From NCBI GenBank assembly GCA_028281365.1, contig JANQJZ010000015.1, forward strand, positions 13,879-77,878: a stretch of DNA of 64,000 nucleotides, given 5' to 3'. The position numbers and the translations under genes are program-made. The notes under the pieces were generated by a model. It did no database searches. It was not told where the DNA came from and saw only the letters and a program-made list of their open reading frames with translations. Shown here one piece after another: positions 1-9,844 of this stretch (position 1 is the first letter of the stretch; the number at the start of each line of letters is the position of its first letter). The DNA is from Gammaproteobacteria bacterium. GTDB lineage: Bacteria; Pseudomonadota; Gammaproteobacteria; Eutrophobiales; Eutrophobiaceae.

Positions 1-1180
1 TGCAGATATGATTCTGGCCGTTACCAATAGTGACGAAGTCAATATGATTGCCTGTCAGGTTGCTTATACCTTGTTTCATACACCGACTAAAATTGCACGT
101 ATACGGGAAATTGAATATCTTAAAAATTCACAATTGTTTGCCCAGGAAGCATTGCCAATAGATGTTTTAATCAGTCCTGAGCAATTAGTCACAGATTATA
201 TTCAAAAATTAATATCACATCCTGGGGCCTTACAGGTACTGGACTTTGCTGATGGCAGAGTTCAGATGGTCACGTTAAGGGCATCCTATAGCGGTATTCT
301 GGTTGGCCACTCTGTTAAAAACCTGAGAAGACATTTGAATGGAGTTGAGTATCGCATTGTAATTATATTCAGGAACAATAACCCTATCATTCCTGATAGC
401 AATACTATCATTGAACCTGATGACGAAATTTTCTTTATAGGCTCACAAAAATCAATCCGTCAACTTCTCCAGATAATCCGCACCAAGGAAAAACCTTTAA
501 GGAGTATAATGATAGCGGGCGGAGGAAATATAGGTTTAAGACTGGCCGAGTCGCTGGAAAATACCTATAAAGTAAAATTGATAGAACTGGATTCACACAA
601 GGCACATCTCGCATCTGAAACTCTAAAAAATACTATTGTTCTTAACGGTGATGCTGCAGATGAAGAATTATTAAACGAAGAAGATATTAACCGGACTGAT
701 GTCTTTTGTGCACTTACCAACGCAGATGAGGCTAATATTATTTCATCGATGCTGGCTAAAAGACTTGGTGCACGTAAAGTATTGGCATTAATAAACCGTG
801 CTGCCTATGTTGACCTGGTTCAAAGTAATACTATTGATATTGCTATCTCACCGCAACAAGCAACCATTGGCAGTTTATTGGCACATGTTCGTAAAGGTGA
901 TGTTGTTGTTGTTCACGCGTTACGGCGTGGTGCAGCAGAAGCTATTGAAGCTATTGCACATGGTGATCAAACATCATCCAAAGTAGTTGGAAGAAAAATA
1001 AAAGAAATTGAACTGCCCGCCAGCACCACGATTGGTGCAATTGTTCGGGAAGAAGATGTCATCATTGCAGATAAAGACACACTTATAGAGGCTGACGATC
1101 ACGTAATTTTAGTTGTTGCTGACAAGAAAAATGTTGCTGATGTTGAATCATTATTCCAGGTAGGCATTACCTTCCTGTAG
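1..1180 (+). CDS. trkA: Potassium uptake protein TrkA, NAD-binding peripheral subunit. 5' end is cut by the window edge.
   Basis: The ORF is open to position 1. The translation shows the second Rossmann/TrkA-N domain (IMIAGGGNIGLRLAESL) and TrkA-C domains. trkH lies directly downstream. Confidence 0.85.
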   Translation, partial: ADMILAVTNSDEVNMIACQVAYTLFHTPTKIARIREIEYLKNSQLFAQEALPIDVLISPEQLVTDYIQKLISHPGALQVLDFADGRVQMVTLRASYSGILVGHSVKNLRRHLNGVEYRIVIIFRNNNPIIPDSNTIIEPDDEIFFIGSQKSIRQLLQIIRTKEKPLRSIMIAGGGNIGLRLAESLENTYKVKLIELDSHKAHLASETLKNTIVLNGDAADEELLNEEDINRTDVFCALTNADEANIISSMLAKRLGARKVLALINRAAYVDLVQSNTIDIAISPQQATIGSLLAHVRKGDVVVVHALRRGAAEAIEAIAHGDQTSSKVVGRKIKEIELPASTTIGAIVREEDVIIADKDTLIEADDHVILVVADKKNVADVESLFQVGITFL

Positions 1181-1205
1181 ATAACCCGTACAGAGTAACA
1201 AAAAA

Positions 1206-2657
1206 ATGCAATTTGCTGTCATTCTTCGCATACTTGGTATTTTGCTTTCATTGTTTAGTCTGACGATGTTTCCGCCTTTACTAATCTCATTAGTCACTTC
1301 TGACGGAATGGCAATTCCCTTTCTGTCAGCATTTATATTAATACTGTCAGTTGGCTTAATATTCTGGGTACCCGTACGTAATATCAAGAATGAATTACGT
1401 TTGCGAGATGGGTTTGTTGTTGTCGTTTTATTCTGGGTTGGTCTGGGTTTAAGTGGTAGTGTGCCTTTTATCTTAATTGAAACACCCGAGCTTTCTGTTA
1501 CAGATGCAATATTTGAATCAATATCCGGTTTAACAACAACCGGGGCAACGATAATTGTAGGTATCGACTTTTTACCTAAATCAATTCTTTTTTATCGACA
1601 GGAATTACAGTGGTTAGGAGGTATGGGTATTATTGTACTGGCTGTTGCAATACTACCTATGTTAGGGATCGGTGGTATGCAATTATACCGGGCAGAAACA
1701 CCCGGTCCCGTTAAAGATACCAAACTAACTCCCAGAATTACAGAAACAGCTAAAGCACTCTGGTATGTTTATTTAAGTATTACTGTTATCTGTGCAGTCT
1801 GTTACTGGCTAGCCGGAATGTCATTATTTGATGCTATCAGTCACAGTTTCTCTACCGTATCCATTGGTGGTTTTTCTACACATGATGCAAGTATGGGATA
1901 TTATCAAAGTTTCTGGATCGAGTTCATAGCTGTTATTTTTATGTTAATTGCCGGAATTAATTTTAGTTTGCACTTTTTAGCCTGGAAAAATATGAGTACA
2001 AAACCTTATTGGTACGATGCTGAACTTAGAGCTTACTTTGCCATTCTGATTTTTATTTGTCTCACTGTAGCAAGCTATCATTTTATTGTTGAAGATTACG
2101 AAAAATTTTCTAATGCACTTAAAGACAGTGTATTTCAAACGGTATCGATTGCAACGACAACCGGTTTTACCACAACAGAATATCAGGGGTGGCCAGGCTT
2201 TTTACCCTTACTTTTACTATTTTCCAGTTTTGTAGGTGCCTGCGCCGGATCCACAGGAGGAGGTATAAAGGTTATTCGTATACTTTTATTATTCAAACAA
2301 GGAATGCGAGAAGTAAAACGTTTAATACATCCGAGTGCAATCTTTATTATCAAGATAGGTAACAAACCCATTCCGGAAAGAGTTATCGAAGCAGTCTGGG
2401 GGTTTTTTGCTGCTTATATAGCAATCTTCGTTATTTTGCTGCTTGCTTTAATGGTTACTGATTTGGATCAAGTCACCGCTTTCTCCGCATTAGCAGCTTG
2501 TTTGAATAATCTTGGTCCCGGATTAGGTGATGTCAGCCAGCATTATGGCAATATCAATGATGCCGCAAAATGGATTCTTTGTTTTGCAATGTTATTGGGA
2601 CGTCTTGAAATCTTCACGTTATTAGTTTTATTCACTCCAACATTCTGGCGACGTTGA
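1206..2657 (+). CDS. trkH: Trk system potassium uptake protein TrkH, membrane subunit.
   Basis: 483-aa polytopic membrane protein with repeated pore-loop motifs (SGLTTTGATI, TTTGFTT) typical of TrkH/KtrB. It is adjacent to trkA. Confidence 0.85.
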   Translation: MQFAVILRILGILLSLFSLTMFPPLLISLVTSDGMAIPFLSAFILILSVGLIFWVPVRNIKNELRLRDGFVVVVLFWVGLGLSGSVPFILIETPELSVTDAIFESISGLTTTGATIIVGIDFLPKSILFYRQELQWLGGMGIIVLAVAILPMLGIGGMQLYRAETPGPVKDTKLTPRITETAKALWYVYLSITVICAVCYWLAGMSLFDAISHSFSTVSIGGFSTHDASMGYYQSFWIEFIAVIFMLIAGINFSLHFLAWKNMSTKPYWYDAELRAYFAILIFICLTVASYHFIVEDYEKFSNALKDSVFQTVSIATTTGFTTTEYQGWPGFLPLLLLFSSFVGACAGSTGGGIKVIRILLLFKQGMREVKRLIHPSAIFIIKIGNKPIPERVIEAVWGFFAAYIAIFVILLLALMVTDLDQVTAFSALAACLNNLGPGLGDVSQHYGNINDAAKWILCFAMLLGRLEIFTLLVLFTPTFWRR

Positions 2658-3232
2658 GTATCGAAACAAAAGAAAAGTGGGACAAGAATTATCGATCCTG
2701 CACAAGCGAATTCCCTCAAGCCGCAGAAGTCTTATTGCAAAACCAGTACCTTTTGCCTTCACAGGGAACGGCACTGGATCTGGCCTGTGGTCGAGGTGCA
2801 AATGCGATCTGTCTGGCTGAAAATGGCTTATCTACATCAGCATGGGATATTTCTTCGGTAGCAATTGAACACCTTACTGATAAAGCAAAAGAAAATAATC
2901 TAACAATTAATTCGGAAGTCAGAGATGTTTCACAAAACCCACCTGATCCGAACTCTTTTGATGTCATTGTCATTAGTCGATTTTTAGACCGTAACATCAT
3001 AACCGGGATTAGGAATGCGATAAAAAGAAACGGCTTGATCTACTATCAAACCTTTATAAAGGAAAAAGTTGATTCGATTGGTCCTGGCAATCCTGATTAT
3101 TTATTGGACAAAAATGAATTATTAAAACTTTTCAATGACTGGTACATTCTTTGTTACAGAGAAGAAGGGAATACCGGTAATACGGATAATGGATTTAGAA
3201 ATGAAGCGATGTTAATCGCAAAAAAACCATAA
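2654..3232 (+). CDS. TehB-like SAM-dependent methyltransferase.
   Basis: 192 aa. The LDLACGRGANAICLAENGLSTSAWDIS segment aligns with the E. coli TehB SAM-binding region ([25 protein letters not shown]). Confidence 0.65.
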   Translation: MSIETKEKWDKNYRSCTSEFPQAAEVLLQNQYLLPSQGTALDLACGRGANAICLAENGLSTSAWDISSVAIEHLTDKAKENNLTINSEVRDVSQNPPDPNSFDVIVISRFLDRNIITGIRNAIKRNGLIYYQTFIKEKVDSIGPGNPDYLLDKNELLKLFNDWYILCYREEGNTGNTDNGFRNEAMLIAKKP

Positions 3233-3236
3233 TGTC

Positions 3237-3551
3237 ATGAGTAATCTCGATACTTTTTTATCTTTGCTTGAGAAAGGAAATGATAGTGCATTGCTACGAT
3301 ATAGTCTGGGCAATGAGTATTTTAAATTACAAAATCTGGAACAAGCACTATTCCATATAAGTAAATCCATAGAGCTTGATCAAAGCTATTCAGCTGCGTG
3401 GAAACTTTATGCCAGGTTACTAACTGAAAATAAGCAGACGCAAGAAGCAATAACTGCCTATGAAAAAGGAATTAGTATTGCAGAGAAAAACGGTGATAAA
3501 CAGGCAGCCAGGGAAATGCAGGTGTTTTTGAAACGACTTAAAAAAAATTAA
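3237..3551 (+). CDS. Small tetratricopeptide-repeat protein.
   Basis: 104 aa with two TPR-like helical repeats (YSLGNEYFKLQNLEQALFHISKSIELD / AAWKLYARLLTENKQTQEAITAYEKGI). It has a 4-nt gap from the upstream ORF. Confidence 0.5.
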   Translation: MSNLDTFLSLLEKGNDSALLRYSLGNEYFKLQNLEQALFHISKSIELDQSYSAAWKLYARLLTENKQTQEAITAYEKGISIAEKNGDKQAAREMQVFLKRLKKN

Positions 3552-4510
3552 TCTTCATACAATTCAAGTGCACCGACCAATTCAGAGATATGCTTAAGTT
3601 TATGCTTGTTTAAATATTCTATGATTCCCTGATTAAGTTTCCTGCATATAAGTGGCTCATAAAAAAGAGCTGTACCAACACCTATTGCCGCTGACCCGGC
3701 AATTAGAAATTCAATTGCATCTTCTATGGTTGTAATTCCACCCTGACCAATAATAGGAATATTATGTTGTTTGGCTACCTGATAAACCTGGTATACCTTT
3801 AATAACGCTATAGGTTTAATTGCCGGTCCCGATAAACCGCCCTGGTTATTACCAATAATGGGTTTACGCGATTCGATATCGATCGCCATACCCATCAATG
3901 TATTGATTACAGCAAAGCCATCCGTACCCGCCTCTATACAACGCCGGGCATTTTCCGCAATATCGGTTTGATTGGGTGATAGCTTGGTAATTAACGGTTT
4001 ATCAGTTGCCCTACGGCAAGCCTCAACAACTCTTGCAGACATATCAGGATCATTACCGAATTGAACACCTCCTTCTTTAACATTGGGACAGGAAATATTA
4101 ATCTCCATTGCATCAATCGGTGAATCATCGAATATACATGTGACTTCTTCATATTCTTCAACCGTTGAGCCTGATAAATTTGCGATAAATCGTGTTTCCG
4201 TAAAATCAAGATTGGGTAAATATTCATCAACTACTATTTTAGTCCCGGGGTTTTGTAAGCCAATCGAATTAAGGATCCCCATATAGGTTTCTGCAATTCG
4301 ATGTGGTGAATTGCCGAGACGAGGTTCCAGTGTTGTCCCCTTTAAACAAATCGCGCCGACATCTGTATTAGAAAAACCATTGATACGAGTGTATTCCTCA
4401 CCAAACCCGACACAACCGGATAGTAAAACTAAAGGTGTATTAAACTGTAACCCACAAAACTCTATCTCAAGTCGTTTCTTATCCTGGTCGCTTAGTGATG
4501 TTTCTTCCAT
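3548..4510 (-). CDS. Class 1 dihydroorotate dehydrogenase-like protein, PyrD-1B or PreA-like.
   Basis: 320 aa. The catalytic-Cys motif NISCPNV and FMN-binding glycine-rich segments (IIGNNQGGLSGPAIKPIAL, IGQGGI) are characteristic of class 1 DHOD/DPD-family TIM barrels. Confidence 0.65.
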   Translation of the reverse strand: MEETSLSDQDKKRLEIEFCGLQFNTPLVLLSGCVGFGEEYTRINGFSNTDVGAICLKGTTLEPRLGNSPHRIAETYMGILNSIGLQNPGTKIVVDEYLPNLDFTETRFIANLSGSTVEEYEEVTCIFDDSPIDAMEINISCPNVKEGGVQFGNDPDMSARVVEACRRATDKPLITKLSPNQTDIAENARRCIEAGTDGFAVINTLMGMAIDIESRKPIIGNNQGGLSGPAIKPIALLKVYQVYQVAKQHNIPIIGQGGITTIEDAIEFLIAGSAAIGVGTALFYEPLICRKLNQGIIEYLNKHKLKHISELVGALELYED

Positions 4511-4538
4511 TTGTCCCTCAGAACTATAAAATCGTTAT

Positions 4539-4997
4539 ATGTTTAATATTGTCTTATTTGAACCGGAAATCCCACCGAATACCGGTAACATTATACGTCT
4601 TTGTGCAAATACCGGCGCAAACCTGCATTTAATTCATCCGTTAGCTTTTGATATGGATGAAAAAAGCCTGCGTCGCGCCGGGCTGGATTATATCGATCAA
4701 TCGTTTGTACATCACTATGAAAATTATAGAGATTATCTTGAAAAATCGAAGCCCGCCTCACTCTATGCTATTTCAACCAAGGGCAAACAACATTATTCGG
4801 ATTGTACATTCAAGAATGGCGATAGTTTTATCTTTGGTCCGGAAACACGGGGTTTACCTGCAGAAATATTAAATGAGTTTGAGAGGAATAAAATTTTAAG
4901 AATTCCCATGTTAGAAAATAGTCGCAGTTTAAATCTGTCTAATGCCGCAAGTATTATTGTCTATGAAGCCTGGCGACAGAATAATTTCTTGAATTAG
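4539..4997 (+). CDS. trmL: tRNA (cytidine/uridine-2'-O)-methyltransferase TrmL, SpoU class.
   Basis: 152 aa. The N-terminus MFNIVLFEPEIPPNTGNIIRLCANTGANLHLIHPLAFDMD closely matches E. coli TrmL (YibK). Confidence 0.85.
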   Translation: MFNIVLFEPEIPPNTGNIIRLCANTGANLHLIHPLAFDMDEKSLRRAGLDYIDQSFVHHYENYRDYLEKSKPASLYAISTKGKQHYSDCTFKNGDSFIFGPETRGLPAEILNEFERNKILRIPMLENSRSLNLSNAASIIVYEAWRQNNFLN

Positions 4998-4999
4998 AA

Positions 5000-5452
5000 T
5001 TAAGGAGCATCAGTTACAGAAATATCAATACTTCTGGAAACATAGGTTATACCACCTAGTGTTCCTTTCGATGTAGTAATGCCTAAATTATAAACGCAAT
5101 ATGTTGATGATGCTTCTGTTATTGTATTTTCAGTACAACTTGTTACATTGCCTTGAAACCCGTTAGCACCACCCAAAGTAAAATTAATTGTTGCACCATT
5201 TATGGCAGGCGCGGTTGTACAACAATCTGTTCCACATGTACAAGCAGGCCTGTTTAATGCCTGATATATCGCCCATTCAGCAGTACTTCTGGTAGCAAAC
5301 CATGCTTGCATGGAACCAAGAGATTGAGTTGTATTCAAAGAACCAATATTCGATAGTGTTGCCATATAGATACCTAAAAGGGAAAATAACACAATCAAAA
5401 CAACTGCAATGATAGCGCTAAAACCTTTTTGCTTTTCCTGTCTGATATTCAT
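5000..5452 (-). CDS. MSHA minor pseudopilin, MshP/PilX-like.
   Basis: 150 aa. N-terminal hydrophobic pilin-like segment QKGFSAIIAVVLIVLFSLLGIYMATL lacks Glu5. It is the last gene of the pilin operon. Confidence 0.55.
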   Translation of the reverse strand: MNIRQEKQKGFSAIIAVVLIVLFSLLGIYMATLSNIGSLNTTQSLGSMQAWFATRSTAEWAIYQALNRPACTCGTDCCTTAPAINGATINFTLGGANGFQGNVTSCTENTITEASSTYCVYNLGITTSKGTLGGITYVSRSIDISVTDAP

Positions 5453-6345
5453 GGCTGATTATCAACATGGGCTTGTTGTAAGAGTGTTACTTCCTGACCC
5501 AGATTATTATCTCTCACTGTAATATCAAGAGTTACTAATCCTGCACGAGTGGCAGTACCTGGATCGTAGGTGAAGGTACATGCATTAATCATATTTACTA
5601 ATAAGTTATTTTCAGTCACGCCTGTAAAATCTCCTGGAACTGCGGTTGGCTGAGCTGAAAGAATTCGATATTGAGCCAAACGGCGAATTGTACCTCCATT
5701 ACAAACAAAACTGACAGGCGTATCCACAATTTGAAAACGTTGATTGGGCGACCGAAAAGGAAACCGAAATGTTGGAACATCTGAAGAATTATCAAATGTT
5801 ACACTATTTGCAGCAATACTTGTTATTGATGCTACATTATCTAAATCATATGCATCAGCATTGGTTTGATTAGTATTAAAAATAACCAGACAATCTACAA
5901 CATTATCTCTACAGTCAGTTCGGTTTCCTGCTGAGCCCGTTGCATCGATATTAGCAAAATTTTGTAATGTACCTAATACTTCAAAACAATCAGTTGCACT
6001 GGTAAAACTGAGTCTATTTGCAGCGATACTACCGCATGGTGCTGCTGCTCCCCCTGGATGAGTAAGATTTCTGTAACGACCACCGTCTACAGTCCGTAAA
6101 AACTCGATTGCAGTCGATCCTGATATTCTTACGCTATTAGGTAATGCCAGTCGGATCTCCCGCGTCATCCTCAACAATGCAGTCTCTGCTATATCAACAA
6201 GATTAGCCCGCTGTTCGACCTGTACAAATTGGATCATAGGTCCTCTAAGAATAGTAAAAAGGACAGTCGACAAAATTCCAATAATTAAGATAACGACGAT
6301 TAATTCAATTAAGGTAAAACCTTTTAAATGTCTATTAAGCAACAT
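5449..6345 (-). CDS. MSHA minor pilin, MshO-like.
   Basis: 298 aa. Class III signal and N-methylation motif KGFTLIELIVVILIIGIL. It overlaps neighbouring genes by 1-4 nt, consistent with an operon. Confidence 0.6.
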   Translation of the reverse strand: MLLNRHLKGFTLIELIVVILIIGILSTVLFTILRGPMIQFVQVEQRANLVDIAETALLRMTREIRLALPNSVRISGSTAIEFLRTVDGGRYRNLTHPGGAAAPCGSIAANRLSFTSATDCFEVLGTLQNFANIDATGSAGNRTDCRDNVVDCLVIFNTNQTNADAYDLDNVASITSIAANSVTFDNSSDVPTFRFPFRSPNQRFQIVDTPVSFVCNGGTIRRLAQYRILSAQPTAVPGDFTGVTENNLLVNMINACTFTYDPGTATRAGLVTLDITVRDNNLGQEVTLLQQAHVDNQP

Positions 6346-6965
6346 CAGAAGTTTGTCCTGTAACCCGTAACTGTTATATCCACATCGGCCAGGTTTGCAT
6401 GTGTCACTCTTACATCTATACGTAGACTTCGACCAGATGTTCCATTTAACCCGTTTAAGTTTGCGCCAGCAGCATCATTAATAGTTACCGTTACACTAAA
6501 ATCATTTAAATCTGTTATTTGATTGCCGGTCTGGTCTCTCACAACTGTATCTGGTAAATTAGTGTAATCACATACATCATCGAATAATGCACGGTTAGTA
6601 CCTTCAGAAGTTGGACCATTAGGCCCTCCACAGGTATTTGTCGATGCCGCTGCACATGCTGATTCTGTACAACCTTCACCTGCCGTAGTAGAAGAACACT
6701 CATTTAATCCATCGCCGTCCGGATCAAAATCTGAGTCACAGAATTGTTTTAAAGAAATTTCTTCCAAATAAGCACGTGCAATAGAATTGGCTTGTTGACG
6801 TATCATTGGATCAATACTATTGACTGTGGTCGCATTCATAAGTGTTGCAAATGAAGCAACACCGATACCTATTACAACTATGGCCACAACCAATTCTATC
6901 AATGAGAAACCTTTATTATTCATGAACGAATCCGGTATTTGCTTCAACAGTAACAGTTTGACCAC
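6345..6965 (-). CDS. MSHA minor pilin, MshD-like. The true start is probably the internal Met near position 6923.
   Basis: Prepilin motif NKGFSLIELVVAIVVIGIGVASFATL. Cys-rich C-terminal domain. Confidence 0.6.
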   Translation of the reverse strand: MVKLLLLKQIPDSFMNNKGFSLIELVVAIVVIGIGVASFATLMNATTVNSIDPMIRQQANSIARAYLEEISLKQFCDSDFDPDGDGLNECSSTTAGEGCTESACAAASTNTCGGPNGPTSEGTNRALFDDVCDYTNLPDTVVRDQTGNQITDLNDFSVTVTINDAAGANLNGLNGTSGRSLRIDVRVTHANLADVDITVTGYRTNF

Positions 6966-7350
6966 TTCCGAAATTTACTGTCTGCAAACCTCCAGTTGGT
7001 GCACCTATGTTATTAAAGCTAAAAGCAACTGCAGGACTCACACCAGGGTCACTATCAGTACAAAAATTATTATTACCGGTAGATGGATTAGGGATATTTG
7101 ATGCACCACAAGAACTGCCGACATCAAATGCAATCGTGCAAGATGCAGATGACAATGACACATTAACCTGACAACCACTGGTAATTGCCAATTTTTGTCC
7201 AAAACGAATCATTGCGGTTCCTTGTTGGAACCCTCCCGTCTCTCTAAACGTATCAAGATTGAGTCTGGGTAATACCAGGGCTGAAAGAACGCCTAACAGG
7301 ATAATGACAACTACAAATTCGATTAATGAAAAGCCAGTATTTTTTTTCAT
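6916..7350 (-). CDS. MSHA minor pilin, MshC-like.
   Basis: 144 aa. Prepilin motif KNTGFSLIEFVVVIILLGVLSALVLPRL. Confidence 0.6.
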   Translation of the reverse strand: MKKNTGFSLIEFVVVIILLGVLSALVLPRLNLDTFRETGGFQQGTAMIRFGQKLAITSGCQVNVSLSSASCTIAFDVGSSCGASNIPNPSTGNNNFCTDSDPGVSPAVAFSFNNIGAPTGGLQTVNFGSGQTVTVEANTGFVHE

Positions 7351-7353
7351 AAT

Positions 7354-9216
7354 TTAATGTGACAACTCGTAACTAACTTTATTCAGTACCTTTGATCTAG
7401 GATACATCTTCAAATAATTGGATAAAAGTAACCTGGCTTGATTTTCTTTTCCAAATTTAACTAATGTACGAATATATTCGGCTTGTACTGTGTGATGATG
7501 CGGTTGCCATTCTAATACGCTCAAGAACCAACTTAATATTGTCTTCTCTGATTCAGTGTCATCGAGTAAATCTGATTTTTCTCTATGCAAGATAGCCCGT
7601 TGTAATCGACTTTGGACATCATAAATATCTATGTCCATGATTTTCTTATATAATTTATCCGCATGATTTGCTGCCTTTCGATCATTTTTAACCAAAGCAA
7701 TATTTTTCCAATAGTCAGCTTCTAATAAATAATTTTGTGTTTCTGCTGGTGAAAATCTTCTTGCTCTTTCAAATAACTGTGAAGCCTGATCAATCAGGCC
7801 TGCATTCAGCATACTAGTTCCTGCTCTATAACTAATTTGAGCGATAACGAAGTTAAACAGAAAGATTAATATACTGATACTAATCAAGATCCTGAATAGA
7901 CGAATAAAATTGACTTGAAGAATATTATTTAAATTGACATTAAAACTGTATAACTCCTTATTATTAACAAAAACTTTATTTAATATGGCTGTATATCCCG
8001 CAAAAATAAATAGTAAAATAGGGACATAAAAGACATAGCTCGCTAATGCATGAGTAAAATAACTTGTTAATCCCGATATAATTGCAATTACCCATATCTT
8101 TTCTTCACTACTCTTTATTTTCAGGTATTTAATTCCCTGCCAATAAGTTGTGAATATAATAAAAATGACTATCAATATTCCTGGCAAACCAAGTTCAAGC
8201 CAGTATTGCAGATAATCATTATGTACATAATGAGTGTACGTATATCTTAAATTTTCATAATAAAAATATATGAATTTAAAATAACCGATTCCATTTATCG
8301 GCTGTTCTTTTATTAATTCTAACGAGGTTTTTGCAAGCTCTATCCGTTGTTGTATTGATCTTGTTCCTTTATTTGTTATAGCTATATTTATACTGTTATC
8401 TAAAACCTGAATATTATTTTCTGGCTGTTGGGTAATCTCAATCGGACCAGAAACAATCATGGCCTTTGTGCCATACAGAATAAAAATAACAGCCAGAAAT
8501 CCTGCAAATATTTTCAACCACGTTATTAATGGTATTTTATTTTTAACAAATCTAAATAAAATAATTAGGCAAACTAATCCTGACACAAATGCTATCCAGC
8601 CTGCTCGACTCTGTGTGCTCACTAAACCGGCAAAAATTAAAATAAAACAAAGATAATTTTTAGATAATTCAGTTTTATTACTAAATAAGTAGATTGTAAT
8701 TAACGGTAAAAGAATAAGATTTAAGGCAGCTGCAAATGTGTTGGGATTAGCAAAAATTACACTTGCAGCCACTCCTTTATAATTTATCTGGGCATAATTA
8801 AAAATAAATTGAACTATTGCCCAGCAACTTAATATTGAAAAAATAATTACGATACCATAATAAACAAATTGAATTTGTTGTTTGTCCAGTACTGATATTA
8901 TGAAAAAACCTGAAAAAAAATAAGTAAGGAAAAAATATATAACAGGATAGTTGTTAAAATCAGATTTTGTTATGCTGTTAAAAATTAGTAGCATTAATAA
9001 TATAATACCAATTGCGGGTAATGAAAATGTAACTACTGAAAAGGGTCTTCTTACTAACCAAACAATAAGTATTAAAAATACACCTAGCCATAATCCCAGA
9101 TAGTCATGACTTGATGATACTGAAAGACAAAATATTAATCCTGAACAAATAAAAAAAGAGGGCCAAAAGACCCTCTTTTCAATACTAAACATATGACCCA
9201 CTCTTATCCAGAGCAC
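7354..9216 (-). CDS. Wzy_C / O-antigen-ligase-family membrane protein with a C-terminal TPR-like soluble domain. Candidate pilin O-oligosaccharyltransferase, PglL/TfpO-like.
   Basis: 620 aa with about 10-12 TM helices. Family signature YTHYVHNDYLQYWLELGLPG (H-N-x-Y-L-Q...E-x-G-x-x-G). C-terminal roughly 180-aa helical-repeat domain. Its start overlaps the stop of the major pilin gene by 13 nt. Confidence 0.6.
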   Translation of the reverse strand: MLWIRVGHMFSIEKRVFWPSFFICSGLIFCLSVSSSHDYLGLWLGVFLILIVWLVRRPFSVVTFSLPAIGIILLMLLIFNSITKSDFNNYPVIYFFLTYFFSGFFIISVLDKQQIQFVYYGIVIIFSILSCWAIVQFIFNYAQINYKGVAASVIFANPNTFAAALNLILLPLITIYLFSNKTELSKNYLCFILIFAGLVSTQSRAGWIAFVSGLVCLIILFRFVKNKIPLITWLKIFAGFLAVIFILYGTKAMIVSGPIEITQQPENNIQVLDNSINIAITNKGTRSIQQRIELAKTSLELIKEQPINGIGYFKFIYFYYENLRYTYTHYVHNDYLQYWLELGLPGILIVIFIIFTTYWQGIKYLKIKSSEEKIWVIAIISGLTSYFTHALASYVFYVPILLFIFAGYTAILNKVFVNNKELYSFNVNLNNILQVNFIRLFRILISISILIFLFNFVIAQISYRAGTSMLNAGLIDQASQLFERARRFSPAETQNYLLEADYWKNIALVKNDRKAANHADKLYKKIMDIDIYDVQSRLQRAILHREKSDLLDDTESEKTILSWFLSVLEWQPHHHTVQAEYIRTLVKFGKENQARLLLSNYLKMYPRSKVLNKVSYELSH

Positions 9217-9650
9217 AACCCATCAGGTAATGTCACTGTTCTCGTACTTGCATTACCGCCTACTGATACTTGTATGTTATCTACTGCAGCTGCATTACAA
9301 GATACAGTCAGACCAGTATCACTGCCACAAGTAACATTATTATCAGTAGTTGCATTAACAGTAAGGTTGATTTGGTCTGTGCCTACATCACAATCCACAT
9401 TACTCCAAATGCCACCTGCTGATGATGCAGATCCATTATTTGCAGCAAACTGTATGACTGCAGCAGATGCATATGCCCCAACAATACCATCAGCCACTGC
9501 TGATCTGGCATCACCCGAGACAGAGGCAAATCTGGGTAATGCTGTCGCTGCTAAAATACCTAATATGACAAATACCACGACTAACTCTATTAATGTAAAA
9601 CCTGATTGTTGTCTTTTCATAACAACCTCCACACCTGGGCCGCAGCCCAT
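9204..9650 (-). CDS. mshA: MSHA major pilin, MshA/MshB-like type IVa prepilin.
   Basis: 148 aa. MKRQQSGFTLIELVVVFVILGILAATALPRFASVSGDAR resembles V. cholerae MshA/MshB N-termini. S/T/A/G-rich C-terminal region with a Cys pair. Confidence 0.75.
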   Translation of the reverse strand: MGCGPGVEVVMKRQQSGFTLIELVVVFVILGILAATALPRFASVSGDARSAVADGIVGAYASAAVIQFAANNGSASSAGGIWSNVDCDVGTDQINLTVNATTDNNVTCGSDTGLTVSCNAAAVDNIQVSVGGNASTRTVTLPDGLCSG

Positions 9651-9773
9651 TTAATTAAATCCATAATCCGCCGGTCGCAACCATTGGTTCTTCCTTGAAT
9701 GGATAAAGTAAACCAGCCTCCGAGCTGATTTATATACTGGATTACTCCAGATTCTTTATAAAAATATAGCCCA

Positions 9774-9789
9774 GTCGATAACTATCGAC
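9774..9789. promoter_or_regulatory. Palindromic candidate operator in the major-pilin promoter region.
   Basis: GTCGATA-AC-TATCGAC has 7-bp perfect inverted arms. It lies about 125 bp upstream of the pilin start (9650) within a 194-bp intergenic region. Confidence 0.3.
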
Positions 9790-9844
9790 CCTATTACAAA
9801 TTCTTTAATGTTCAACAAACTCTTCATAATTTCTGTGATTAAGT

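Noticed and set aside
798-986. 62-aa ORF within trkA and similar short internal ORFs throughout the track, for example 1151..1387 -, 2183..2371 - and 4083..4286 +.
   Set aside because: They are fully contained in, or antisense to, longer ORFs with clear homology. They have no supporting features.
9651-9844. Intergenic regions scanned for tRNA, tmRNA or other structured RNA genes. Also 20801-21106, 29190-29470, 32207-32370, 38466-38593 and 53334-53456.
   Set aside because: No cloverleaf-compatible segments, conserved T-loop (GTTCRA) or anticodon stem arrangement were found. The regions look like AT-rich promoters.
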